Origin: an uncultured bacterium
Lineage (GTDB): Bacteria; Bipolaricaulota; Bipolaricaulia; UBA7950; UBA9294
Reading direction: 5' to 3'
DNA: 64,000 nt
NCBI GenBank assembly: GCA_903857865.1
Contig: CAIOGO010000020.1
Coordinates: forward strand, 43,064-107,063
Shown: piece by piece, positions 10,663 to 20,138 of the stretch
How the letters are laid out: every line of letters starts with the position of its first letter
Numbering within the stretch: position 1 is the first letter of the stretch
The notes under the pieces: generated by a model
Told to the model about the DNA's origin: nothing
Databases searched by the model: none
Seen by the model: only the letters and a program-made list of their open reading frames with translations
Program-made: the position numbers and the translations under genes

Positions 10663-11265
10663 ATGACTCGCATTCGGGCGGCGCTTCTCGACATGGACGG
10701 CACGATCTTCGATTCGAAGATCGATTTGGGTGCCGTTCGCCGCGTCCTCGGCCTGCCGCGCGACGGACGTTCCTTCCTCGAACAGCTGTCCGACCTTCCT
10801 CGGGAGACACAGGACAAGGGCATGGCCATGCTCGTGGAAGCGGAAGCGCGTGGCGCTGCGGACGGCGTTCTTCTTCCCGGCGCGGAGGAGCTCATCGAGT
10901 CCCTACGAGCGCACGGCGTCCGCTGCGCGCTCGTCACGAACAACTCGCGTGCGAGCGCCGACACTGTGCTCCGGCGGCATCCGCTGCCGTTCGATCTCGT
11001 TCTCACCCGCGACGACGGCGCGGCGAAACCGAACCCCGGCATCTTCTCCGTGGCGCTCGCGCGCCTCGGCGCAACCGGGCGCGAGGCTCTTGCGATCGGG
11101 GACGCTCACCTCGACCTCCTCGCGGCGTATCGCGCCGGCGTCGCCGAGATCATCCTCGTGAGCCCACCGCCATGGGTTCTCGACTTCATTCCCGAGGACA
11201 TTCCCCATCGACGGGCGGCGGATCTGCGCGAGGCTCAGGGGATCGCCGAGTCCCTTCTTGGCTAG
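10663..11265 (+). CDS. HAD-superfamily hydrolase (phosphatase-like)
   Basis: Motif I LLDMDGTIF, motif II VTNNS, motif IV GDAHLD; start taken at MTRIR inside track ORF 9883..11265. Confidence 0.8.
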   Translation: MTRIRAALLDMDGTIFDSKIDLGAVRRVLGLPRDGRSFLEQLSDLPRETQDKGMAMLVEAEARGAADGVLLPGAEELIESLRAHGVRCALVTNNSRASADTVLRRHPLPFDLVLTRDDGAAKPNPGIFSVALARLGATGREALAIGDAHLDLLAAYRAGVAEIILVSPPPWVLDFIPEDIPHRRAADLREAQGIAESLLG

Positions 11266-11280
11266 CGTACCGCGAGCGAG

Positions 11281-12699
11281 CTACGGCGCGAGCCGCGACC
11301 AGAGGGTCCCCTGAGGCGTGTCCTTGAGTTCGACTCCCAACTCCGCGAGCTGGTCGCGAACGCGGTCGGACAAGTCGAATGCCTTGCGGGCGCGCAGTTC
11401 CCGCCGAAGTCCGACCAGGAGATCGAGAAGACCCGCCTCAATCGACGAGGACGATGCGCCCGCCGGCTGGAAGAGGCCGAGCGGCCACCCGAGTTCGCGC
11501 AGGAGCTCGACCGCATCGCGCAAGGCCAGGCGATCGATGCCTACGGCCTCGGCTCGGAAGCGATTTGTCTCGCTCACGAGGTCCTGGAGAACCGCCACGC
11601 CGTCGACTGTGTTGAAGTCGTCGTCCAGCGCTTCCACGAAGCGCTCGCGGAAGCGCGCGAGCGACTGCGAGAACGCCTGTCCGGCCGGCCCCATTTCGCC
11701 ATCGCTTTGACGCAGTTCCGCCTCGATGTCGTCGATCAGTCGGCGAACACGGGCCACCGCGGCTTGCGCGGCGCGCAACCCGTCCTCCGAGAAATCCAGC
11801 GGCTTCCGGTAGTGTCGGGAGAGGTAGAAGTATTCGACCGTCTCCGCGTCGTACGCCTCGAGGATTTGGTACGCGTAGCGGAAGTTGCCGAGCGACTTGT
11901 GCATCTCCTCACCGCCGAAGTGGAGCATTCCGTTGTGAAGCCAAAAGCGGAAGAAGGGCGCGTCGCTCGATGCCGTCGCCTGCGCGATCTCGTTCTCGTG
12001 GTGCGGGAACATGAGGTCGTTGCCGCCAGCGTGAATGTCGAGGTGTTCTCCAAGATGCGCTCGCGACATGACCACACACTCGGTGTGCCAGCCCGGCCGC
12101 CCCGGCCCCCACGGCGACGGCCACTCGGGCTCGCCGGGTCTAGCTGCCTTCCACAGGGTGAAGTCGAGCGGATCCTCCTTCGACTCGGATACCCTGACTC
12201 GCGACCCCGCCTCTTGGTCGGCGAGCCGCCGCCCGGACAGCGCGCCGTAGTCGGCGACGCTTGCGACGCGGAAGTACACGTCGCCATCTCGCTCGTAGGC
12301 GTGGCCCTTCTCGACGAGGCCGGCGATGAACTGCACCATCTCCTCGACGTAGTCCGTCGCGAGGGGACTCGCCGTGGGCCGGTCGACCCCGAGCGCTTCG
12401 AGAAGGTCGAAGTAGGCGCGCGTGTACGTCTCGGCGATCGTCGCAACCGTCTGGCTGGTCTCGATCGAGCGCTTGATCAGCCGATCGTCGATGTCGGTCA
12501 CATTCTGCACGTAGAGGACGCGCCATCCCTTGAAGCGCTCGAAGTAGCGACGCAGCGCGCTGAACACGAGGACGGGACGAACGTTTCCGATGTGCAGGTG
12601 GTCGTAGACGGTGGGGCCACAGACGTAGATCCCTACGGTCCGGCCGTGTTGCGGTGCAAAGGGATCGAGGCGCTTCGTGAGTGTGTTGTAGAGCTTCAT
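11281..12699 (-). CDS. cysS: Cysteine--tRNA ligase
   Basis: HIGN (HIGH) motif, class I synthetase KMSKS-like HKSLGN, typical length. Confidence 0.9.
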   Translation of the reverse strand: MKLYNTLTKRLDPFAPQHGRTVGIYVCGPTVYDHLHIGNVRPVLVFSALRRYFERFKGWRVLYVQNVTDIDDRLIKRSIETSQTVATIAETYTRAYFDLLEALGVDRPTASPLATDYVEEMVQFIAGLVEKGHAYERDGDVYFRVASVADYGALSGRRLADQEAGSRVRVSESKEDPLDFTLWKAARPGEPEWPSPWGPGRPGWHTECVVMSRAHLGEHLDIHAGGNDLMFPHHENEIAQATASSDAPFFRFWLHNGMLHFGGEEMHKSLGNFRYAYQILEAYDAETVEYFYLSRHYRKPLDFSEDGLRAAQAAVARVRRLIDDIEAELRQSDGEMGPAGQAFSQSLARFRERFVEALDDDFNTVDGVAVLQDLVSETNRFRAEAVGIDRLALRDAVELLRELGWPLGLFQPAGASSSSIEAGLLDLLVGLRRELRARKAFDLSDRVRDQLAELGVELKDTPQGTLWSRLAP

Positions 12700-12775
12700 G
12701 GTCCCACCTCCCAGGCGGCATTATAGGTTCGGAACCGGGGTTCCGCCACGGTTCGAGCGCGCCGCTGACCGACGT

Positions 12776-13846
12776 CTACCGTCGTTCGACTCGTACGACG
12801 TATCGCGAGAGGATCGGCAAAAGAGCCAGCCCGCCGATGAGGAATGTCCCGCAGATCACCCAGAACCGAAGCTCGCTCATGTCCATGACGCCCGTCGCGT
12901 AGCGCATGACGTCGGCCATATACCGCAAGGGCATGGCCATGCTCAGCGCGCGGAGGAACGAGGGCATGATCTCGATCGGGAAGTAGATGCCCGAGACGAA
13001 CATCATGAGCATGGACAAGACGTTGGCCAGATTGCTCGCGCTCGACGGTTGGCGAACGACGAGCGTGATCACCGTCCCGAGTCCCATCGTTCCCACCGTG
13101 GCGGCGACGAGGAACACTGTGTAGTGCAGCCAACTCACATGGAACCTCACGTGGAACAAGGCCATCGCCGTGACCAGCGTCGCGAGCGTGGAGAGGAAGA
13201 CCACGCCCAACCGTACGACGACGATGGCCGCGAGAAGGGCGACGGGGGACATCGGCGTGACGACCAGCCGTTCCAGGAGTCGGCGCTGCTTCATCGACGT
13301 GACGTGTCCGGCGACGGCGAACAGGCCCGCCGAGAGGATGGAGAACGCCAGGATGCCGGGAACGACGAGCGTGAACCAGTCAGCGCTTGCCTCTCCACCC
13401 TCCACCACCGGGACTACGTCGAGGAGCGGTCGGCGACCTTGGTTGGCGAGATCGAAGCGAGCGGCGATGCCTCGCGCGAGCTCCTCGAACGCGAAGTTCT
13501 CTTGCGTCCGGCGGACATCGTAGACGAACGTGAGCGTGGCTCCGTCCCACACGGCGCCGAAGTCGACGTCACGGGCATCGATCGCCTTCTCAAGATCGCC
13601 TGGCGCAGTGTACCGCTGGAGCTGCGCCACCCCGACCTCCGCGAGTACGCTCTCCAAGCGGCTCCCATCGACGTGCGCCGGAATGACGAGGCCGAGCTTG
13701 GATCCGCTCGCCGAGCCGATGCCGCCCATCAAGTAGCCAAAGATGACGATGAACAGGAGTGGGAAGAGGAACGTGAACGTGAGCGCCGCCTTGTCCCGCA
13801 GGAAGACACTCAGCTCGGACCGCACGAGGGCTCGGAAGGCGGTCAT
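12776..13846 (-). CDS. ABC-2 type transporter permease
   Basis: Multi-TM protein starting MTAFRALV; ATG overlaps upstream permease stop as ATGA; upstream 140 codons of track ORF 12776..14266 rejected. Confidence 0.75.
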   Translation of the reverse strand: MTAFRALVRSELSVFLRDKAALTFTFLFPLLFIVIFGYLMGGIGSASGSKLGLVIPAHVDGSRLESVLAEVGVAQLQRYTAPGDLEKAIDARDVDFGAVWDGATLTFVYDVRRTQENFAFEELARGIAARFDLANQGRRPLLDVVPVVEGGEASADWFTLVVPGILAFSILSAGLFAVAGHVTSMKQRRLLERLVVTPMSPVALLAAIVVVRLGVVFLSTLATLVTAMALFHVRFHVSWLHYTVFLVAATVGTMGLGTVITLVVRQPSSASNLANVLSMLMMFVSGIYFPIEIMPSFLRALSMAMPLRYMADVMRYATGVMDMSELRFWVICGTFLIGGLALLPILSRYVVRVERR

Positions 13847-15063
13847 CGTCCCACGTCCCACTTGAGTCGGAACGAAGCCACGATGGCGCAGCCGACGATC
13901 CACGCGCACGGGACGGCGAGCGACACGGCGACGGGGAACGACGCCGTGCTCACGTCGGCGCTGGCTCGAAGGCCATCTGCGAGGTACGTGACGGGATTCG
14001 CCATCATGATGACGCGAAGGGCTGGAGGAACCGAGCCCGTCGGGAAGAAGAGCCCGCCCAGGAACATCAGCGGCATGTTGACGATGTTGGCGATCGCCAT
14101 GCCCGCGTTCGGCGTGGGCGCCAGGGCGGCCACAAGGAACCCCAGAGCGAGGAACGTGACCACGCTCAGGACGAGGTAGAGCATCGGGAGGGGCTGGAAC
14201 AGGTTCACGTGCGCGCCGAACGCGAACCGGCCAAGGAGCCATACGCAAACGAACTGGAGGGCGCACAACCCGAGGTGGCCGAGCGAGAACCCAGCAAGGA
14301 ACCTTGGGGCGTCGAGCGGCGTAACCCAGTACGCGCGGAGGATCCGGCGCTCTCGGCCGAAGAGGATCGTCCCCGGAACGCTGAACAGCCCGGCGGTGAA
14401 GAAGCCCATGAGGACAACGCCGGGAACGAGGAAATCGACGTAGCCCACGGATCGGTTCTCCGACCCCACCTCTTGGCGCCCGACCAGGACGGCGCGGGCA
14501 GCGTCGAAGAGTCCGAGCTGCGTGAGAATCTGCTTGTCGACGCCAACGAGGACCTCCTCGATGATGCCCAGCGCCATGTCCGAGGACGTGCGGCCGCCGC
14601 TCGTGTGGACGATCACCCGCGCTGGCGCCCCCTCGACAACCGTCGAGCCGCGCGCCGCCGCGAGGAGCGTGTCGGAGAATCCGGCAGGGATCTCCACGAC
14701 GGCATCGCGCTTGCCGACCTTGAGAGCCTCGATCTCGCTCGCGAGGTACGCCGCGGCGTCCGTGTCCTCGCGAGCGGGCTCGTGCATCCGGAAGAGGGGC
14801 TCCTTGCCCAACGCTCCGGGCTGGCTCAGCTCGCGGAACGTGCCGGCCACGAGCGCACCGAAGTCGACGCGCCCCGCAGAGCCCTGGTCGAGGTTCACGA
14901 CCGCAATGTTGAACGTCAGGCTCGTCGTCTGGCCGACGTTCGTAAAGATGGCGGCTAGAAGCGCGAGCAGGAAGAGCGGGAAGACGAGGAACCAGAACAA
15001 GGTGATGCGCTCGCGCAACGCGATGGCAAGATGGGCACGCGCCAGGTAGACGATGCCTCTCAC
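13843..15063 (-). CDS. ABC-2 type transporter permease
   Basis: Multi-TM protein with large extracytoplasmic loop; abuts the ABC ATPase stop. Confidence 0.75.
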   Translation of the reverse strand: MRGIVYLARAHLAIALRERITLFWFLVFPLFLLALLAAIFTNVGQTTSLTFNIAVVNLDQGSAGRVDFGALVAGTFRELSQPGALGKEPLFRMHEPAREDTDAAAYLASEIEALKVGKRDAVVEIPAGFSDTLLAAARGSTVVEGAPARVIVHTSGGRTSSDMALGIIEEVLVGVDKQILTQLGLFDAARAVLVGRQEVGSENRSVGYVDFLVPGVVLMGFFTAGLFSVPGTILFGRERRILRAYWVTPLDAPRFLAGFSLGHLGLCALQFVCVWLLGRFAFGAHVNLFQPLPMLYLVLSVVTFLALGFLVAALAPTPNAGMAIANIVNMPLMFLGGLFFPTGSVPPALRVIMMANPVTYLADGLRASADVSTASFPVAVSLAVPCAWIVGCAIVASFRLKWDVGR

Positions 15064-15980
15064 GTCCGCAGCCTCCGCCCGGTCAAGGAGAGGAAGACAT
15101 CTTCAAGGTTCGGCTGGCGGACCGCCATTTCCGCGAGCGGCGTGCCGCTCGCCCGGGACCAGTCAAGCAGTCGCCCGAGCGTGGCGACGAGGTCGCTCGT
15201 CTTCACGGAGACAAGGCCCCCTTCTCCGCGAACGATTGTGCAGCACGGGGACAGCGTCTCCGGTAACGCGGAGTCCTCGGCCGCGACGAAGTCGACGATC
15301 GTCTCCTGACCGAGGCGCGCGGTCAGTTCGCGCGGCGAACCTTGGGCGATCACCTTCCCGTGATCCATGATGCACACCATCTGGGACAGCGTCTCCGCCT
15401 CCTCCATGTAGTGCGTCGTGAGGATGATCGTCTTTCCGGACGCTGTGAGGCCCGACACGATGGACCAGATGTTGCGCCGCGCCTGAGGATCGAGCCCCGT
15501 CGTCGGCTCGTCGAGGAAGACGAGCTCGGGATCGTTGATCAACGCCACGCCGATGGCCAGCCTCTGCTTCTGTCCGCCGGACAGCGTCTTGACGAACGCG
15601 TTGGCCTTCTCCTCGAGCGAGATCGCGCGCAGCATCTCGTCCGGCGAGCGCGGCGATCGAAAGAACGAAGCGAAGAGACGCAGCACCTCGCGCACCTTCA
15701 GGTACGGCTCGAAGTTGCCCTCCTGAAGCAGGACGCCGATTCGCTCCTTCGTCGCGCGATCGATGCGGCGCAGTTGCTGGCCGAAAATCTCAATCGATCC
15801 CGAGTCCGCTTCGCGGATCCCTTCGAGGATCTCGAGCGTCGTCGTCTTCCCCGCGCCGTTCGGGCCGAGCAGCGTGAACACCTCAGCCTTCGGCACCGAG
15901 AAGGAGACGTCGTCCACGGCGTGAACGTCTCCGTAGTGCTTGATGAGGTTCGACACCTTCATCAGGGCTGCTGGCTCCAT
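15060..15980 (-). CDS. ABC transporter ATP-binding protein (ABC-2 family)
   Basis: Walker A GPNGAGKTT, signature LSGGQKQR, Walker B LVFLDEPTTGLD; start placed at second Met after AGGTGA (15980; alternatives 15986 or 15962). Confidence 0.8.
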   Translation of the reverse strand: MEPAALMKVSNLIKHYGDVHAVDDVSFSVPKAEVFTLLGPNGAGKTTTLEILEGIREADSGSIEIFGQQLRRIDRATKERIGVLLQEGNFEPYLKVREVLRLFASFFRSPRSPDEMLRAISLEEKANAFVKTLSGGQKQRLAIGVALINDPELVFLDEPTTGLDPQARRNIWSIVSGLTASGKTIILTTHYMEEAETLSQMVCIMDHGKVIAQGSPRELTARLGQETIVDFVAAEDSALPETLSPCCTIVRGEGGLVSVKTSDLVATLGRLLDWSRASGTPLAEMAVRQPNLEDVFLSLTGRRLRT

Positions 15981-16216
15981 CTCCATCACCTCGTGGCGTG
16001 GAGTATACCTGGATAGAGGGGGACCAGCCCCAACCACCGGAGGAGTTGGTGCGGGGCGCTTCACCCTCGCACAGCCGAGATCGCAGCCATACGTCGCAGA
16101 CAAGCTGCGACGCTACACAGGCTGGAGCGGAATCGCCGGGGGGCGCTGCGCCACCGGCGCGCCCCCGGCCCACAACACCCCGCACTGCCGTGCCAACTTC
16201 CGTTCAGACGGCAAGG

Positions 16217-17116
16217 TTATGGCGCTGTCCTCACGAGGCGGAAGCCCAGGTTGCCGAGCTCGTAGTCGGGCCAGTAGTTCCCGCGATTCGCGACGCGGCA
16301 GCCGTTCGCGTAGACGTACCAGCTGCCGCCGCGTAGCACGCGGTCCGTCCCCGACGCCGGGCCACGCGGGTCGCTGCCGGACGAGGACGCGTAGGTCGAT
16401 TCGCCGTACCAGTCCCAGCACCACTCCCACACGTTCCCCGCCATGTCGTAGAGGCCGTACCCGTTCGGGGCGAAGCACCCCACAGGTGTCGTCCCGTCGT
16501 AATAGCCGTTGTAGTTCGCGCGGCTCTCGTCGATGTCGCTCCACGGGTACCGCCGTCCCGCGGCTTCGCCCCGCGCCGCCTTCTCCCACTCCGCCTCCGT
16601 CGGGAGCCGATAGCCGCTTGCGCTCCAGCTGCAGTTCGGGGTGCTCTCGCCCGTGCGGTACACGCTCCCACTCTCCGTGTAGCACGGCTCGAGCCCCTCC
16701 TTCTCGCTCCTCGCATTGGCCCACTTCACCGCCTCGTACCATGTGACGTTGTACACCGGATGATCCGTCGCCTTACCCTCCCCATCTGCAGGCCCGATGT
16801 CGTAGCCGTGAGCCGCCGCCCAGCTCGCGACCTCGTCCCACAACGCCTTCGTGATCTCGTAGCGGTCCATGGTGAACGCGCTTGCCGCCACCGTGTGCAC
16901 TGGGAGCTCGTCGGAGTACCCGTCGCCGAAGCTATCGCCCATCTGGAAACTGCCCGCCGGAATCAAGACCATCTCCACTGCCCTGTACTCCGGTTGATCC
17001 GCGGGCACTGACGCTTGCGCGGCGGGCAACCCATCTACGTTTGCCGCCACCGCGAGCGCCACGAGCACGCCACGCAAGATCCCTCTTCCCGCTTGGCTTT
17101 GTTCCATGATGAGCAT
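16217..17116 (-). CDS. Formylglycine-generating enzyme (FGE-sulfatase) family protein, secreted
   Basis: N-terminal signal-like segment; FGE-family stretches RGGSWY, GFRLV, YGLYDMAGNVWEW. Confidence 0.75.
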   Translation of the reverse strand: MLIMEQSQAGRGILRGVLVALAVAANVDGLPAAQASVPADQPEYRAVEMVLIPAGSFQMGDSFGDGYSDELPVHTVAASAFTMDRYEITKALWDEVASWAAAHGYDIGPADGEGKATDHPVYNVTWYEAVKWANARSEKEGLEPCYTESGSVYRTGESTPNCSWSASGYRLPTEAEWEKAARGEAAGRRYPWSDIDESRANYNGYYDGTTPVGCFAPNGYGLYDMAGNVWEWCWDWYGESTYASSSGSDPRGPASGTDRVLRGGSWYVYANGCRVANRGNYWPDYELGNLGFRLVRTAP

Positions 17117-17123
17117 CGGTCAA

Positions 17124-17978
17124 CTATAGCCGTCGCCGTGAAGGCTCGGCCTTGCCCGCACATAAGTCGGCGAATGAGGCCGCGATCCACGTTGGGTGCA
17201 CGCCGCCTCGAGCGATGTCGTCCAGCGAGTCGACGCCGGAGAGGACAAAGGCGGAGTCGACGCCGGCAGCCTGCGCGCCGGCGATGTCCGTGTCGAGGCG
17301 GTCGCCGATCATGAGAACCCGGCTTGCGGGAAGGCCGAGAAGATCAAGCGCGACCTCGAATGCAACTGGCGACGGTTTCCCGACAACGTGCTCCGCCGCG
17401 AAGCCCATCCCCCGCAACGCACCGACGATGGCGCCGGCGCCCGGCACGAGGCCGTCGGCCGTCGGGAACGTGGCGTCCTCATTCGTGGCGAGAATCTTCG
17501 CGCCGCCGACGAGCGCACGAAGAGCCTGAGAGAGCTTGGCGTAGGTCACGTCCCGATCCATGCCCGCGACGACCCACGTCGCGCCCTCGGGTCGGGCGGC
17601 GAGGCGATGGCCGGAAAGCAGCATTTCGTCTCGCACGCCGTCCTCTCCCAGAACCCATACGTCGACCGGGCCGTAGTGGCGAGCGAGGTATCGCGCGGCG
17701 AGGAACGCCGATCCGAGGATGTCGTCGGGAGAGACTGCGAAGCCTAGCCTCCCGAGATGCTCGGCCAGCTCGCCGCGCGATCGAGTGGAATTGTTGGTCA
17801 GGACCAGCGTCCGCCCGCGGGCTCGCAACGCCCCGAATCCCTCGACGGCTCCCGGCAGCGCGTCCCTGCCCCGCGTGAGAACTCCGTCCACATCGATGAG
17901 GAACGCACCGTAGCGCCCGAGAACGGCGTTGGGAACAGTGGCCACATCGGGTGACAACGACTCGCCCATGGGGGGCAT
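17124..17978 (-). CDS. HAD-IIA family hydrolase (NagD-like sugar phosphatase)
   Basis: LIDVDGVL motif I, LTNNS, GDRLDTD motif IV. Confidence 0.75.
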   Translation of the reverse strand: MPPMGESLSPDVATVPNAVLGRYGAFLIDVDGVLTRGRDALPGAVEGFGALRARGRTLVLTNNSTRSRGELAEHLGRLGFAVSPDDILGSAFLAARYLARHYGPVDVWVLGEDGVRDEMLLSGHRLAARPEGATWVVAGMDRDVTYAKLSQALRALVGGAKILATNEDATFPTADGLVPGAGAIVGALRGMGFAAEHVVGKPSPVAFEVALDLLGLPASRVLMIGDRLDTDIAGAQAAGVDSAFVLSGVDSLDDIARGGVHPTWIAASFADLCAGKAEPSRRRL

Positions 17979-17982
17979 CGGC

Positions 17983-18921
17983 CTACTCCTCCACGGAGAC
18001 GACGATCTCGTCGTAGTACACCTGGCACGCCTCCGTCAGGCTCTCGTCCCCGAGGAGGAGCCACGTCGTTGCCCCGCGGCTCGGGTCCGCGTCCATCGTT
18101 CCGGTCTGCCACACGGCCCCGTCGACAGAGAACTCGTACTGGCCTGCCGAGTAGGAGAACGCGTACGTGTGCCACTCATACACCGGAGGCGTGAAGGCCA
18201 CGGGATGGCCGACCTCCGTTCCCGCGGCCGACGGCTCTCGGATCACCGACCCGCCGTACGTGCTCGAGAAGACGTAGTACGGAAGCCCTACGGGCGGGAG
18301 ATCCATCCCGCTCCGCCCGGGCGCGATGACGAACGTGTGTTGGCCCTGCGTTTGGAGCGGCATCGCTCGGACGGAGAAGACGACCCGTTGGCCGATGCGA
18401 AGCGGCGGGAGATCCAGGCGCGTCGCGCGGCGATGGAGGGTCTCCGTCGCGCTGTTCACGTACAGCACGTGGCCTGGCCCGCCGCTGATGGACTCGATGC
18501 GGCTCTCGCCTTGGACGGCCCACGTCGGGTCGAGCGGCCACCGCCCGAGGGCCGCGTCGCCGTCCGAGAACTCCTCGAGGAAGAGTCGCGTGCCGCTGCG
18601 TGCATAGACTGTGAGATCCTTCTCGATCCGCTCTGTCCGTCCCTGCCCATCCTCGACGGTGAGCCGGACGGTGTAAGTGCCCGGCCGAGCGAACGTCGTG
18701 GTCAGTGTCCGTCCATGTTCGACGAGGCCGTTTACGTCCCAGCGGTAGTCGACGATGTCGCCGTCCGACGGGCTGCCGTCAAGGTCGACGCGGTCGCCGG
18801 CGTACACCACCACGGGGCGGACGTCGAAGTCCGCCACCGGCGGCCCCACGAGCAGCGCGCAGCCACCCAGAGCGAGCACGATGACCGCGACGGTGAGAAG
18901 GCTGGACGCAGCTCTCCTCAC
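17983..18921 (-). CDS. Lipoprotein with PKD-like domain
   Basis: Signal peptide with lipobox LALGGC; PKD-like segment GDRVDLDGSPSDGDIVDYRWDVNG...YTVRLTVEDGQG. Confidence 0.65.
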   Translation of the reverse strand: MRRAASSLLTVAVIVLALGGCALLVGPPVADFDVRPVVVYAGDRVDLDGSPSDGDIVDYRWDVNGLVEHGRTLTTTFARPGTYTVRLTVEDGQGRTERIEKDLTVYARSGTRLFLEEFSDGDAALGRWPLDPTWAVQGESRIESISGGPGHVLYVNSATETLHRRATRLDLPPLRIGQRVVFSVRAMPLQTQGQHTFVIAPGRSGMDLPPVGLPYYVFSSTYGGSVIREPSAAGTEVGHPVAFTPPVYEWHTYAFSYSAGQYEFSVDGAVWQTGTMDADPSRGATTWLLLGDESLTEACQVYYDEIVVSVEE

Positions 18922-20021
18922 GTCCCCACCTCCATCAACCGATCCTTAGGAAACGCCGTAATGACCTCGCAGCCGGTTTCCGTGACGACGACGTCGTCCT
19001 CGATCCGCACGCCCCCGAATCCCGGGATGTAGATCCCCGGCTCGACGGTCGTCACCATTCCGACGGCCAGAGTGTCTTTGCTCAGCGTGCTGAGGCTCGG
19101 ACGTTCGTGCACCTCGAGTCCAATCCCGTGGCCGAGCCCGTGGCCGAAGCGGTCTCCGTGCCCAGCGTCGGTGATCACCGGGCGCGCCACGGCGTCGACG
19201 GCCACTCCGGTGACACCCGCGCGGACGGCGCTGATCGCCTCCATGTTCGCGCGCAGCACGATCTCGTAGATTTCGCGGGCTTGTTTCGTCGCCGACCCCA
19301 CCGCCACGGTCCGCGTGATGTCCGAGCGGTATCCGTCGACGCACGCCCCGAAGTCGAACAACAGCAGGTCACCGCACCGTAGCGAACGGCGCCCGAGGGC
19401 CGGATTGTAGTGATTGAGCGCCGTGTTGTCGGCGCAGGAGACGTTGGTTTCAAACCCGACGCCGTCCGATCCGGCGGTCCTCATCAGCCATTCGAGACGC
19501 AGCGCGATGTCGGCCTCGTTCATCCCGACGCGAATCTCAGGCAAGAGGTCGCCGAACGCCGAATCCGCCAACGTGGCCGCTTTGCGCAGACTCTCGATCT
19601 CGCCCTCTGTCTTCACCGCCCGCAGATCGTTCGTCGGGTCCGCCACGTCGACAAGCGTGAACTGGCCGAGCTTCCGGAGAGCGTCGAACCAGCTGTACGT
19701 CGCGCGGCGCGCGGCGAAGACCACGGTCTCAAGACCGCGAGCGAGGATCTCCGCTGCGGCGTCCTTGGCCATCCAATCTCGGCATTCGTGGACGCGCAAT
19801 TCGCCCACCTCGCGCTTCGCTTGCTCGGTGTAGCGGGAGTCGGTGAGAAGGATGCCGTCGTCTCCCGAGAGCAGCAGGGTTCCTTCCCCCGTGAACCCCG
19901 TGAGATAGCGCAGGGTGGCGCGGTCGGAGTGCTCGTAGTTGTAGGCAATGAAGGCCTTCCCCGCCAAGCTCTCGATGAGAGCCCTTCGGCGGTTCGCGTA
20001 GACTGTCCGGTCGCTCGTCAC
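18918..20021 (-). CDS. Xaa-Pro aminopeptidase / M24B family metallopeptidase
   Basis: M24 metal-ligand region HGLGHGIGLEVHE and VEPGIY; GTG start 9 nt after AAGGAAGGGG; upstream 254 codons of track ORF 18918..20783 rejected. Confidence 0.8.
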   Translation of the reverse strand: MTSDRTVYANRRRALIESLAGKAFIAYNYEHSDRATLRYLTGFTGEGTLLLSGDDGILLTDSRYTEQAKREVGELRVHECRDWMAKDAAAEILARGLETVVFAARRATYSWFDALRKLGQFTLVDVADPTNDLRAVKTEGEIESLRKAATLADSAFGDLLPEIRVGMNEADIALRLEWLMRTAGSDGVGFETNVSCADNTALNHYNPALGRRSLRCGDLLLFDFGACVDGYRSDITRTVAVGSATKQAREIYEIVLRANMEAISAVRAGVTGVAVDAVARPVITDAGHGDRFGHGLGHGIGLEVHERPSLSTLSKDTLAVGMVTTVEPGIYIPGFGGVRIEDDVVVTETGCEVITAFPKDRLMEVGT

Positions 20022-20100
20022 GATGACCCCTTCCTTAAGGATTTCGCGATGTCTCGTGCATCGCTTCGCCGATCCTTTGAGACTACACGCGGAAAGCCAC

Positions 20101-20129
20101 TTGTCAATGAAAAAAGCGACCGCTATACT
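20101..20129 (+). promoter_or_regulatory. Promoter TTGTCA-17 nt-TATACT immediately upstream of pheS (leaderless or near-leaderless mRNA)
   Basis: -10 hexamer ends 9 nt before the pheS ATG at 20139; no Shine-Dalgarno in between. Confidence 0.45.
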
Positions 20130-20138
20130 CCCCGCCAA

